Shown here: positions 1 through 8,722 of the stretch, piece after piece
How positions within the stretch are numbered: position 1 is the first letter of the stretch
Layout of the letters: each line of letters begins with the position of its first letter
Assembly: GCA_947625705.1 (NCBI GenBank)
Contig: CANQPG010000002.1
Location: forward strand, 13,119-77,118
DNA length: 64,000 bases
Direction of reading: 5' to 3'
DNA from: an uncultured Peptococcaceae bacterium
GTDB taxonomy: Bacteria > Bacillota > Dehalobacteriia > UBA4068 > UBA4997
The notes under the pieces: generated by a model
Database searches by the model: none
Seen by the model: only the letters and a program-made list of their open reading frames with translations
Told to the model about the DNA's origin: nothing
Position numbers and translations under genes: made by a program

Positions 1-260
1 GAAGCGCCCCTGGCAATGCGCCGGCACGCCTCACACTCGCCGCAGGGCTCGCCGTGCTGCGGGTTTTCGCAGTTCACCGCCCGGCTCATGATCAGAGCCG
101 CCGATGTTTTGCCCGTGCCCCTTGGGCCGCAGAAGATGTAGGCATGCGCCACTTTCTGCTGCTGCAGCGCGCGCAGCAGCGTCTCCGCCACGTGGCTCTG
201 CCCCACCAGCTCGGAGAGTTTGGCCGGGCGGTATTTGCGGTATAGAGCAGTATATTCCAT
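1..260 (-). CDS. dnaX: DNA polymerase III subunit gamma/tau, N-terminal part (runs off window start)
   Basis: Reverse-strand translation from ATG at 258-260 gives MEYTALYRKYRPAKLSELVGQSHV...HAYIFCGPRGTGKTSAALIMSRAVNCENP...GEPCGECEACRRIA, the conserved DnaX N-terminus with Walker A and zinc-finger Cys cluster; not in ORF track because no stop inside window. Confidence 0.8.
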   Translation of the reverse strand, partial: MEYTALYRKYRPAKLSELVGQSHVAETLLRALQQQKVAHAYIFCGPRGTGKTSAALIMSRAVNCENPQHGEPCGECEACRRIARGA

Positions 261-273
261 AATCTGTCACCTG

Positions 274-1635
274 TTAAAACGGCGCGTCCTCGTCGTCGCC
301 GGGAAATTCCTCCACCATATCGGCAAAGCGGGTGTATTGCTTAAAGAACAGCAGGTTATCCTGCCCCGTCGGGCCGTTACGGTTTTTGGCCACAATGATC
401 TCGACGATCTCGCCGCCGCCCTGACCCGCGCTCTCCTCGTCCTCGCTGACGCTTTTTTTGTTGTTGATGAAGATGACCACGTCGGCGTCCTGCTCGATGG
501 CGCCGGACTCACGCAAATGCGAAAGCAGTGGCGCGCTGTCCCGCCCCTGCTCCGACATACGCGAAAGCTGGGATAGAGCCAGCACCGGCACGTCCATTTC
601 TTTGGCCAGCGCTTTCAGCGAGCGGGATATCTCGGCAATTTCCAGCTGGCGGCTTTCCACGCGGGTGGCGGAATTTACCAGCTGCAAATAGTCCACCACG
701 ATCAGATCAAGCCCGCTTTCAGCCTTGATACGGCGGCATTTGGCGCGCATTTCCGGTATGGTGATGGACGAGGAGTCGTCCAGAAACAGCTTCTTGCTCT
801 GAAACTTCTGCAATTCGCCGTGCAGCAGCTCGCGCTCGCTCTTGTTCAGCTGGCCGCTGCGCCATTTGCGCTGGTCGATGCGGGCAAAGCTGCAAAGCGT
901 ACGCTGCGCCAGCTGCCCCGCCGGCATTTCCAGGCTGAACACCACGCAGGTCTTATCCTGCACCAGCGCCGCAGTGGCCGCGATGTTCACCGCCATTGAG
1001 GTTTTGCCGCAGCCGGGGCGCGCCGCCAGAATAATTAAATCGCCCTTTTGCAGACCGGATAAATACTTGTCCAGATCGCGGAACGTGGGAATACCGGTGA
1101 TACCATCGTGCGCCTTGATGTCGTCCAGCTTGTTGAACTCCGCCGCCATCACGTCGGCCGCCAGCTGCACGCCATTGCCCAGACGCTGCTCGCCCACCTT
1201 GTCCACCACGGCCGCCGCGTCGCCCAAAAGCTCCAGCGCGTCCTTATGCCCCTGATAGCCGTCGTCGACGATCTTCTGCGCCGCGTTGATCAACTGGCGC
1301 TGCACCGCCTTATCCGAAACCACACGGCTGTAATATTCCGCATTGGCCGCGCTCGGCACCTCGTTGGTCAGCGACGCCAGATAGACGCTGCCGCCCACCA
1401 GGTCAAGCTGACCCTCCTTGGCCAGGCGCTCCGCCACCGCCACCAGATCGCAGGCGTTGCTTTCGCGGTTCAGATCCAGCATGGCCTGGAAGATGAGCTG
1501 GTGTTCCTTCTTATAAAAATCGCCGGGGCGCACAAATTCCATCGCGCTGAAAATTGCGCCCTCGTTCAACAGGCACGCGCCCAGCACGGCTTTTTCCGCC
1601 GCCAGACTTTGCGGCGGGATACGTCCGTTCGGCAT
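274..1635 (-). CDS. dnaB: replicative DNA helicase DnaB
   Basis: 453 aa; Walker A ARPGCGKTS, DnaB N-terminal and RecA-like C-terminal domains; directly downstream of rplI as in most Firmicutes. Confidence 0.93.
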   Translation of the reverse strand: MPNGRIPPQSLAAEKAVLGACLLNEGAIFSAMEFVRPGDFYKKEHQLIFQAMLDLNRESNACDLVAVAERLAKEGQLDLVGGSVYLASLTNEVPSAANAEYYSRVVSDKAVQRQLINAAQKIVDDGYQGHKDALELLGDAAAVVDKVGEQRLGNGVQLAADVMAAEFNKLDDIKAHDGITGIPTFRDLDKYLSGLQKGDLIILAARPGCGKTSMAVNIAATAALVQDKTCVVFSLEMPAGQLAQRTLCSFARIDQRKWRSGQLNKSERELLHGELQKFQSKKLFLDDSSSITIPEMRAKCRRIKAESGLDLIVVDYLQLVNSATRVESRQLEIAEISRSLKALAKEMDVPVLALSQLSRMSEQGRDSAPLLSHLRESGAIEQDADVVIFINNKKSVSEDEESAGQGGGEIVEIIVAKNRNGPTGQDNLLFFKQYTRFADMVEEFPGDDEDAPF

Positions 1636-1666
1636 AAGCGCCCCTCCTTTGCCAAGATATGCGGCG

Positions 1667-2116
1667 TTATTCCGCCGCCGTTATGTTCAACTTAACTTTC
1701 TGGTGTACCTCGGTGTGCAGCTTCAGCAGCGCCTCCGCCGCGCCCACGTTTTTGATGGCGTCCTTGATCTCCACCTTGCGCTTGTCGATCTCCACGCCCA
1801 GCTTGGCCGAGATGGCGTCCGCCACCTCTTTGTTCGTCACCGAGCCGAAAAGGCGGCCGCCCTCGCCCGCTTTCACGGGGATCTCCACCGTGATCTTGGC
1901 GATCTCCGCCGCCAGCCGCTTAGCTTCGGCCAGCTCCGCCGCGGCCTTATCGGCCTGCTTCTGCTGCTCATGCGCCAGATTTTTCAAATTCTGCGGCGTG
2001 GCCTCCAACGCCAGCTTTTTATTCAGCAGAAAGTTGCGGGCATAACCGTCGGCAACCTGTTTAACCTCGCCGCGCTTGCCCAGCGCTTTCACGTCCGCCA
2101 GCAAAATAACTTTCAT
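1667..2116 (-). CDS. rplI: 50S ribosomal protein L9
   Basis: 149 aa [30 protein letters not shown]... canonical L9. Confidence 0.93.
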   Translation of the reverse strand: MKVILLADVKALGKRGEVKQVADGYARNFLLNKKLALEATPQNLKNLAHEQQKQADKAAAELAEAKRLAAEIAKITVEIPVKAGEGGRLFGSVTNKEVADAISAKLGVEIDKRKVEIKDAIKNVGAAEALLKLHTEVHQKVKLNITAAE

Positions 2117-2207
2117 TATCTATCAGCTCCTTAAAATGCCTAATAAGTTATTTTAACACATTTTCCGCGGCTTGTAAAATGTTTTCATGCGTTTTGTCCC
2201 GCGCGGC

Positions 2208-2462
2208 TTATTCCTCATTGTCAGACTCTTCAAATTCAAACGCGTTCATCGCCGGAAAATCCAAAAATTCCGCCACCGTCATATTAAAGGCATAGGCAAT
2301 GCGGTGCAGCGTTTTAATGCGCGGGTTCTTGGATACGCCCCGCATAATATTATCAATAGTCGATTGATTTTGCCCGCTCATCGTCGCCAAACGGTTATAG
2401 GTTATGCCGCGCTGATGACACAACTCGGCAATTCGCCCGGCAATCACTTCGTAATATTCCAT
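2208..2462 (-). CDS. XRE-family helix-turn-helix transcriptional regulator (small repressor)
   Basis: 84 aa from ATG at 2462 (RBS AGAGGGG 8 nt upstream); HTH_3 signature ITYNRLATMSGQNQSTIDNIMRG; acidic tail; lower GC than flanks. Confidence 0.75.
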   Translation of the reverse strand: MEYYEVIAGRIAELCHQRGITYNRLATMSGQNQSTIDNIMRGVSKNPRIKTLHRIAYAFNMTVAEFLDFPAMNAFEFEESDNEE

Positions 2463-2483
2463 ATCATAGCCCCTCTTTACTGC

Positions 2484-2501
2484 TTTGATAAGTATACCGT
2501 A
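2484..2501 (-). promoter_or_regulatory. -10 region (TATACT) of the XRE gene promoter embedded in an 18-nt motif identical to the copA promoter
   Basis: tttgataagtataccgta at 2484-2501 is identical to 24623-24640; on the minus strand reads TACGGTATACTTATCAAA, ~31-48 nt upstream of both start codons. Confidence 0.45.
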
Positions 2502-2520
2502 ACAAAGTATTGCCAACTTT

Positions 2521-2538
2521 TTACCTTTATATGGGTAA
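2521..2538. promoter_or_regulatory. palindromic operator O1 (TTACC-N7-GGTAA)
   Basis: ttacctttatatgggtaa inverted repeat between divergent promoters. Confidence 0.5.
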
Positions 2539-2555
2539 TTTTTTGGTCTTATGTG

Positions 2556-2584
2556 TTGACTTTTTCGACGAAATTTGCTATATT
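2556..2584 (+). promoter_or_regulatory. sigma-A type promoter TTGACT-17-TATATT for the small Cys-rich protein operon
   Basis: Near-consensus -35/-10 with 17-nt spacer about 45 nt upstream of ATG 2629. Confidence 0.55.
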
Positions 2585-2588
2585 TTTA

Positions 2589-2606
2589 TTACCTACATAT
2601 AGGTAA
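2589..2606. promoter_or_regulatory. palindromic operator O2 (TTACCTA-cata-TAGGTAA), perfect inverted repeat just downstream of the -10
   Basis: ttacctacatataggtaa; same half-sites as O1; position typical of repressor operator overlapping transcription start. Confidence 0.55.
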
Positions 2607-2628
2607 TAATTTAAGGGGGAGGGTCATT

Positions 2629-2823
2629 ATGAGTAAAGATTATTACGGCAAATGCGGCTCCTGCAAATATTGCGAGCTGGGAACAGGCTATACTTCATGC
2701 TATTCCACCAGCTTTCAATGCAGCCGCAACAGTTATCAAGTAAAAGCCGACGATAAGCCTTGCAGCCGTTTCGAGCCTGCCAGCGGCAGAACCAACGATA
2801 TGATCGCAAGATATGACAAATAA
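2629..2823 (+). CDS. small Cys-rich protein (64 aa), putative zinc-ribbon / metal-binding, unknown function
   Basis: ATG 2629 with RBS AAGGGGGAGGG; MSKDYYGKCGSCKYCELGTGYTSCYSTSFQCSRNSYQVKADDKPCSRFEP: six Cys incl. CxxCxxC; about 48% GC. Confidence 0.55.
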   Translation: MSKDYYGKCGSCKYCELGTGYTSCYSTSFQCSRNSYQVKADDKPCSRFEPASGRTNDMIARYDK

Positions 2824-2843
2824 CCGGCAAGGAGAATTTAGCT

Positions 2844-3338
2844 ATGGAGTTAATAACGATCAAAGACAAGGATCTGCGTGACCTGCGCCCGCAGGTGCGC
2901 TATCAAAACGGCGAGCATATCACATTAGAGGTCGTGCAAGAAGCATTGACCAATGCCTGCGCCAATTACGGTATCCCGGTGGCCTTTAACCCGGGCGAAG
3001 TAAAATCCGGCGGTTTGTTCAGCGGCACCACGGAAGAATGTTTTGTGGTGTTCCACCCGGAGCATAGCTCCGATTACTGCAAAATTGCGGTCAGAGTAAG
3101 ACATCAGGGCACCTACGCGTTTGTCGCCGTCAATGATTTCGGCGTCAGCAAGCAGATGAAAAAAGCCGCCTATGCCGAGGGCTACAAGCAAGACCGTCAG
3201 GGCAAAAGCATGAGCTACAAAGTCGGCTCAATGATCGGTCAAAGTATCGCCACCCTTGGCAAAAACCAGCAAAAGCTGGAGGAAGAACAAAATTGGTACC
3301 AGATGATTTGCGATATTTTTGACGAAATCATCTGCTGA
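2844..3338 (+). CDS. hypothetical protein (164 aa), co-operonic with Cys-rich protein
   Basis: RBS GGAGAATTTAGCT-ATG, 20 nt after upstream stop; no recognisable motif; low GC. Confidence 0.5.
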   Translation: MELITIKDKDLRDLRPQVRYQNGEHITLEVVQEALTNACANYGIPVAFNPGEVKSGGLFSGTTEECFVVFHPEHSSDYCKIAVRVRHQGTYAFVAVNDFGVSKQMKKAAYAEGYKQDRQGKSMSYKVGSMIGQSIATLGKNQQKLEEEQNWYQMICDIFDEIIC

Positions 3339-3365
3339 ACAAAAATATTTTCAGTACAGCAAGAA

Positions 3366-3399
3366 AGCCCCGTCCACCCAAAATTGGACGAGGCTTTTT
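3366..3399. terminator. bidirectional rho-independent terminator
   Basis: gccccgtcca-cccaaaat-tggacgaggc stem followed by TTTTT, A-run upstream. Confidence 0.6.
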
Positions 3400-3419
3400 C
3401 ATATTGTATGATACTGTTT

Positions 3420-4448
3420 TCACACCCGCTTGTCATATTTGCGCATGACCTGGCGCATATCGAACAGGCTGTCCACCAGCCCCACCATGATCAGCGCCGG
3501 CCCCACCAGCTGGAACGCAAACACGATCAATATCAGCATCATGAAGATCATCCAGCGCATATTCCAGAAAAACGCCTGCCAATAGAAGAAGCTCAGCCCC
3601 GCCAGCATTAAAAGCGGTTGGTAAATATACAGCACGTTGGTGGCGATCAGCTGCAAAACCTCCATCGGCGTCTGGCGGTTGATCAGATAGCAGGCCAGCG
3701 CGATGATCAGCCCCCAAAGCGTATACCACGGCAGCCGCCATTCCGTAAAGGGCGGCAGTTTCTCCACAGCATAACCCAGCCGCCGGAAGATATATGTGTT
3801 CAGCGCATAGGAAACGCCCGCCTCCAGCATGGAGACGAAGATCAGGCTGGCCGGCATAAACGAAAGCACATAAGCCTCCAGCCGCTCGGCATATTCCGCC
3901 ACCGTCAGGCCGCCCAGCACCGGCGCCAGCTTGCCGTTTTTCTGCATGGTGTCCACATAGAACTGCACAAACTCATGCACCTGCGTGGAAAAATCCGCCA
4001 GGCCAAACCCGGCCACCGCCGAGGAAAGCGCCAGCAGCGCCACCATGCCCGCGGCAGAGATCAGCACCCCCACCACGATGACCAGCCACGGTTTCACACC
4101 GCGCCGCGCCGCATAGCCGTACCAAAAGCCCACGCCGCCCATGTTGATCAGCATGGAGAGCGCGCCCACCGGGCCGATGAACAGGCTTAAGATCACCGCC
4201 GTCAAAAGTATGCCCAAAAGGCCGAAGCCCGCCCCAAACCGCCGCACTAAAAGCGCCAGCGGCACCGGCCACAAAAACAGCGCGATCAGCCAGACAAACA
4301 GCAGATATGAGGCTGAAAGCCCGAATATCACCGCCGCCGCCACCAGCATAGCGCCCTCCGCCACCTTGCGGGCAGGCGTCGGCTCCGCCGCAAACAGCGG
4401 GCGCCGCGGCGTTTCGTCTTTTTTCATTTCTTCAAACAATCTTGCCAC
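3420..4448 (-). CDS. DUF2232 family membrane protein (YybS-like)
   Basis: 342 aa polytopic membrane protein; position upstream of rplI matches yybS of Bacillus. Confidence 0.6.
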   Translation of the reverse strand: MARLFEEMKKDETPRRPLFAAEPTPARKVAEGAMLVAAAVIFGLSASYLLFVWLIALFLWPVPLALLVRRFGAGFGLLGILLTAVILSLFIGPVGALSMLINMGGVGFWYGYAARRGVKPWLVIVVGVLISAAGMVALLALSSAVAGFGLADFSTQVHEFVQFYVDTMQKNGKLAPVLGGLTVAEYAERLEAYVLSFMPASLIFVSMLEAGVSYALNTYIFRRLGYAVEKLPPFTEWRLPWYTLWGLIIALACYLINRQTPMEVLQLIATNVLYIYQPLLMLAGLSFFYWQAFFWNMRWMIFMMLILIVFAFQLVGPALIMVGLVDSLFDMRQVMRKYDKRV

Positions 4449-4694
4449 CTCGCAATCTGCCCCGGCGGGCAGAATTTTGTCATTTTATAAGCTAATTGTA
4501 GCGGGCAATTCTAAACTGAATGTTAAAATCAATAAAACCTGCCCAAATTTGTTATATTCGCCCCCAAACGGCGCTTTTCCTGCGGCGGGGCGCGGGCGGC
4601 ATGATTTTTGTAAAAAAAGCGGCCGGGATATGTACATTCGGCGCATTTTCCGCTAAAATATAAGCGATATACTTATGCGGGCGGAGGGTGTTTT

Positions 4695-5339
4695 ATGCTG
4701 CAAAATCTATTCTTTCTGGCGGAGGTCGTGGGGCTGGTGGCGTTTGCCGCCTCGGGCGCGATGCTGGCCGCCGAGAAGAACCTTGATATCTTCGGCGTGT
4801 GGGTGCTGGGCATGGTGACGGCGTTCGGCGGCGGCGTGATCCGCGATCTGCTGCTGGGTATCACACCTCCCGCCATGTTCAGCAATTATATTTTCTTCCT
4901 GCTGGCGACGCTGACCTGCTGCGTGGTGTTTCTGGCCTATCGCTTCTCCGGTCGGGTGCAAAACCCCAAATTCGATTACCGCGCGGTGGTCAACTGCTTC
5001 GACGCGGTGGGTCTCGGCGTGTTCAGCGTCTCCGGCGTCAGCGTGGCGATCAACGCGGGCTATGCGGCCAACCCCCTTTTGGCCGTCACCGTGGGCGTGG
5101 TAACGGGTATCGGCGGCGGTATCATACGCGACGTTTTAAACGGCGAAATACCCTCCGTCCTCCGCAAGCACGTTTACGCGCTGGCTGCCGTCATCGGGGC
5201 AATGCTCTATTACCTGCTCGCGGTATGGCTGGAAACACCGCTGCTGGCGCTGCCCTGCGGTATCGCCGCCACCTTCGGCATACGCATGGCCGCCACCTGG
5301 TACCGCTGGCACCTGCCCCGCCCGCTGGATCGCAAATGA
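4695..5339 (+). CDS. trimeric intracellular cation channel (TRIC) / UPF0126 family membrane protein
   Basis: 214 aa, two repeated glycine-rich membrane motifs (GGGVIRDLL / GGGIIRDVL). Confidence 0.7.
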   Translation: MLQNLFFLAEVVGLVAFAASGAMLAAEKNLDIFGVWVLGMVTAFGGGVIRDLLLGITPPAMFSNYIFFLLATLTCCVVFLAYRFSGRVQNPKFDYRAVVNCFDAVGLGVFSVSGVSVAINAGYAANPLLAVTVGVVTGIGGGIIRDVLNGEIPSVLRKHVYALAAVIGAMLYYLLAVWLETPLLALPCGIAATFGIRMAATWYRWHLPRPLDRK

Positions 5340-5440
5340 CCGCGTTTTTTGCAAAATAAAATGGACAAGCCGGGCAAAAAATGTTAAAATAATTTATTAA
5401 CGTATATTCCCCGTCCCCCGGGGCGGAAAGGAGCAAGCGT

Positions 5441-6523
5441 ATGAGCAAACTGGACGAGGCGCGCGCCGAAGTCGACCGGATCGACGCGGCGATGGCGCAG
5501 CTTTTTGAGCAGCGCTTACGCGCCGTAAACGAAATTCTCGCCTATAAGCGCGAGCATAAGCTGCCCGTTTTTGACGCGGCGCGCGAGCAGCAGGTGATCG
5601 AAACCAATCTGGCGGGGCTGGCTGACGCGGCCTATGCGCCGTATTACCGCCGCTTTTTGCAGAATTTGATGGACGTGAGCAAGGATTACCAGCGGGCAGA
5701 GCTTTCCCAAAACACCGTGGCCTATGCCGGGGCGGCGGGGGCGTTTGCCTCGCAGGCGGCGAAACTTCTGTTCCCGGACTACACATACAATGTCTGCGAG
5801 GATTTTGAGCAGGTGTTCCAACAGGTGATCAAAGGCCGGGCGGCGTTCGGCGTGATACCGTTTGAAAATTCCTATGCCGGCGAGGTGGGCGAGGTGTTCG
5901 ACCTGCTGTTCCGCCACCCCTGCCACATTCAGGCTATCTGGGACTTGCCGGTGCAGCAAAATCTGCTGGCGCTCCCCGGCGCCGCGCTTGCCGATATCCA
6001 AAAGGTGCTTTCGCACCCGCAGGCATTGAGCCAATGCGCCCCCTTTTTGCAGCAGCATAATTTGCAGGCCGTGCCGTATACCAACACGGCGCTGGCGGCC
6101 AAGCAGGTGGCGGAAACGCAGGATAAAACGCTTGCGGCCATCGCTTCGGCGGAAAGCGCCGAGCTTTACGGTCTGGCCATACTGGCGGAGGGTATCAACA
6201 GCAGCGCGGCCAACACCACCCGCTTTATCGTGATCGGGCGGGAGCTGCCGCTGACCGGCAGCCGCTTCAACCTGCTGTTCACCGTCAACCACCATGCCGG
6301 GCAGCTGGCGCGGGTGATGTCGCTGATCGGCGACCTGGGCTTTAATATGGAAAGCATCAAATCCCGCCCCATCAAGGATCTGCCGTGGCAGTATTATTTC
6401 TATGTGGAAATTGAGGGCGAGCTTCAGGCCGCGGCCACCCAAGACATGCTGCAAAAGCTGAAAGCCAGCTGCGACAGCCTGAAAGTCCTCGGCTCCTACG
6501 ACATCAAGCAAATCGAACAATAA
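5441..6523 (+). CDS. pheA: bifunctional chorismate mutase / prephenate dehydratase
   Basis: N-terminal chorismate mutase helix bundle, PDT domain, C-terminal ACT domain (ESIKSRP). Confidence 0.85.
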   Translation: MSKLDEARAEVDRIDAAMAQLFEQRLRAVNEILAYKREHKLPVFDAAREQQVIETNLAGLADAAYAPYYRRFLQNLMDVSKDYQRAELSQNTVAYAGAAGAFASQAAKLLFPDYTYNVCEDFEQVFQQVIKGRAAFGVIPFENSYAGEVGEVFDLLFRHPCHIQAIWDLPVQQNLLALPGAALADIQKVLSHPQALSQCAPFLQQHNLQAVPYTNTALAAKQVAETQDKTLAAIASAESAELYGLAILAEGINSSAANTTRFIVIGRELPLTGSRFNLLFTVNHHAGQLARVMSLIGDLGFNMESIKSRPIKDLPWQYYFYVEIEGELQAAATQDMLQKLKASCDSLKVLGSYDIKQIEQ

Positions 6524-6546
6524 ACATATAAACGGAGGCATACCCC

Positions 6547-7563
6547 ATGAAAATGACAGTTGAGATCCCCAACCACAAGTATAATATCCACATTAAGCGC
6601 GGCATTTTGCAGGACGTGCATAAATTCGTCGATCTGAACCGCAGGGTGCTGATCGTGACCGACGACGAGATACCGGAGCAGTACGTGACGGCGCTGCAAA
6701 AGCAGTGTCCGGACAGTTATCTGGCCACCATTCACGCCGGCGAGCAGTCCAAATGCTTCATCTATCTGCAATTCATCTGGAACGCCCTGCTGGATAACGG
6801 CTTTGGCCGCAAGGATCTGGTCATCGCCCTCGGCGGCGGCGTGGTGGGCGATCTCACCGGGTTTGCGGCGGCCACCTACATGCGCGGCGTGGATTATGTG
6901 AACATTCCCACCTCCACCCTTTCGCAGATCGACAGCAGTATCGGCGGCAAAACGGCCATCAACCTGGGCGATGTGAAAAATATCGTGGGCGCGTTCCATC
7001 AGCCCCGCGCCGTTTTCATCGACCCCGACGTGCTGGAAACTTTGGACGACCGCAACTTCTATAACGGCCTGGCCGAGGCGGTGAAAGCGGGCATGATCGG
7101 CGACGCGTCGCTGTTTGAGCTGTTTGAGCAGATGCCGGGCGACCGGGCGGCCATTCAGGCGGACTACATCGAAAAGATCATCGAAAAGGCGCTGACGGTG
7201 AAGAAAAACATCGTCGAGCAGGACGAGCACGAAGCTGGTCTGCGCCAGGTGCTGAACTTCGGCCACACCGTAGGGCACGCCGTGGAAAGCGCGGGCGAGC
7301 TGGCGGGTCTGCTGCACGGTGAGGCCGTCGCCGTCGGCATGGTGCAGGTGACGGAGGACGCCGCCATCAAGGAACGCTTAATTAATGTGCTGACCAAGCT
7401 GAACCTGCCCACCACGCACGAATACCCGGCGGAGCAGCTGAAAGAAATTATCGCCCACGACAAAAAGGCGGCGGGCGGCAAAATTACGCTGGTCAAGGTA
7501 CCGCAGATCGGCCGGGCCGAGCGCGTGAAGCTGCCGCTTTCTGCTATCGAAAAATATCTGTAA
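6547..7563 (+). CDS. aroB: 3-dehydroquinate synthase
   Basis: GGGVVGDLTGFAAATYMRG glycine-rich NAD-binding, metal-binding HxxGH region. Confidence 0.9.
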   Translation: MKMTVEIPNHKYNIHIKRGILQDVHKFVDLNRRVLIVTDDEIPEQYVTALQKQCPDSYLATIHAGEQSKCFIYLQFIWNALLDNGFGRKDLVIALGGGVVGDLTGFAAATYMRGVDYVNIPTSTLSQIDSSIGGKTAINLGDVKNIVGAFHQPRAVFIDPDVLETLDDRNFYNGLAEAVKAGMIGDASLFELFEQMPGDRAAIQADYIEKIIEKALTVKKNIVEQDEHEAGLRQVLNFGHTVGHAVESAGELAGLLHGEAVAVGMVQVTEDAAIKERLINVLTKLNLPTTHEYPAEQLKEIIAHDKKAAGGKITLVKVPQIGRAERVKLPLSAIEKYL

Positions 7564-7578
7564 GATTAAGGAGCGCTT

Positions 7579-8691
7579 ATGAAAAGCACCTTTGGCAAAA
7601 ATCTGACGGTGGCGCTGTTCGGCGAAAGCCACGGCCCCGCCATCGGCGCGGTGATCGACGGGCTGGCTCCCGGGATCCCGCTTGATCCGGCGCATATCCG
7701 CCGCCAGCTGGATCTGCGGCGGGCGGGAGCCAACGCCGCCCTTTCCACCGCGCGGCAGGAAGCGGACGAGTTTGAGATACTCTCCGGCTGGTTTAACGAG
7801 CACACCACCGGCACGCCGCTTACCATTCTGATCCGCAACCAGCAGACCAGAAGCGGCGATTACGCAAAGACAAAAGACCTGCTGCGCCCCGGCCACGCCG
7901 ATTACACGGCTTACGCCAAATACGGCGGCTGGCAGGATTATCGCGGCGGCGGGCATTTCTCCGGCCGGCTGACCGCGCCCATCGTGGCGGCAGGGGCGAT
8001 ATGCGAGCAGATACTTGCGGCGCACGGCATAACGCTCGGCACCCATCTGGCGGAGTGCGCGGGAATTGCCGACGCACCCCTCCCCGCGGACGAAACCGCG
8101 CTTAAAGCGGCCATCGCAAAAGTGAACGCCAAGCCGTTTGCCGTTTTGGACGACGCCGCCGGCGAAAAAATGCAGCAGGCGATACTGGCCGCCAAAAGCG
8201 AGCTGGACTCCGTCGGCGGCATACTGGAAACGGCGGTTGTCGGTATGCCGCCCGGTATCGGCGAGCCGTTTTTCAACTCGGTGGAGAGCGTCCTCGCCCA
8301 CCTTATCTTCAGCGTGCCGGCGGTAAAAGGCGTGGAGTTCGGCGCGGGCTTCGGCTTCGCCCAAATGCGCGGCTCCGAGGCGAACGACCCGTTCCGCATG
8401 GCGGGTGAACGTATCGTCACCCAAAGCAACAACAACGGCGGCGTCAACGGCGGTATCAGCAACGGTATGCCGATCGTCTTCCGCACGGTCATCAAGCCGA
8501 CGCCGTCAATTTATCAGCCGCAGCAGACGGTAGATATCTCCCGGCACGAGGACGCCACGCTGCAAATCCAGGGACGGCACGACCCGGCCATTATCCACCG
8601 CGCCCGCCCGGTCATTGACGCGGTTGTGGCGCTGGGGCTGGTCGATCTGTTCTGCGAGGCGTACGGTACGGGCTGGCAGGCCAATATTTAA
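7579..8691 (+). CDS. aroC: chorismate synthase
   Basis: MKSTFGKNLTVALFGESHGPAIGAVIDGLAPGIPLD canonical AroC N-terminus. Confidence 0.92.
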   Translation: MKSTFGKNLTVALFGESHGPAIGAVIDGLAPGIPLDPAHIRRQLDLRRAGANAALSTARQEADEFEILSGWFNEHTTGTPLTILIRNQQTRSGDYAKTKDLLRPGHADYTAYAKYGGWQDYRGGGHFSGRLTAPIVAAGAICEQILAAHGITLGTHLAECAGIADAPLPADETALKAAIAKVNAKPFAVLDDAAGEKMQQAILAAKSELDSVGGILETAVVGMPPGIGEPFFNSVESVLAHLIFSVPAVKGVEFGAGFGFAQMRGSEANDPFRMAGERIVTQSNNNGGVNGGISNGMPIVFRTVIKPTPSIYQPQQTVDISRHEDATLQIQGRHDPAIIHRARPVIDAVVALGLVDLFCEAYGTGWQANI

Positions 8692-8722
8692 GCATTTTAA
8701 GCATTTTTAAACGAGGTGTTTT

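Noticed and set aside
2575-2628. Upstream extension of the Cys-rich ORF (start MLYFYY at 2575) and of the XRE ORF (start 2516)
   Set aside because: Extensions overlap the promoter/operators and lack RBSs; internal ATGs at 2629 and 2462 have good Shine-Dalgarno sequences
5516-6541. Long antisense ORFs throughout the high-GC regions (e.g. 1108-1695+, 5516-6541-, 6496-7317-, 7378-8424-, 10408-10977-, 11772-12608-, 15080-16414+, 17659-18861-, 20067-20618-, 22529-24070+, 24643-25824+, 30282-31415+, 31602-32522+, 37938-39134-, 42775-43641+, 58105-59232+, 59150-59962+, 60946-61674+)
   Set aside because: They overlap well-supported genes on the opposite strand, have Arg/Ala/Pro/Gly-rich low-complexity translations typical of high-GC shadow frames, and lack RBSs; treated as non-coding
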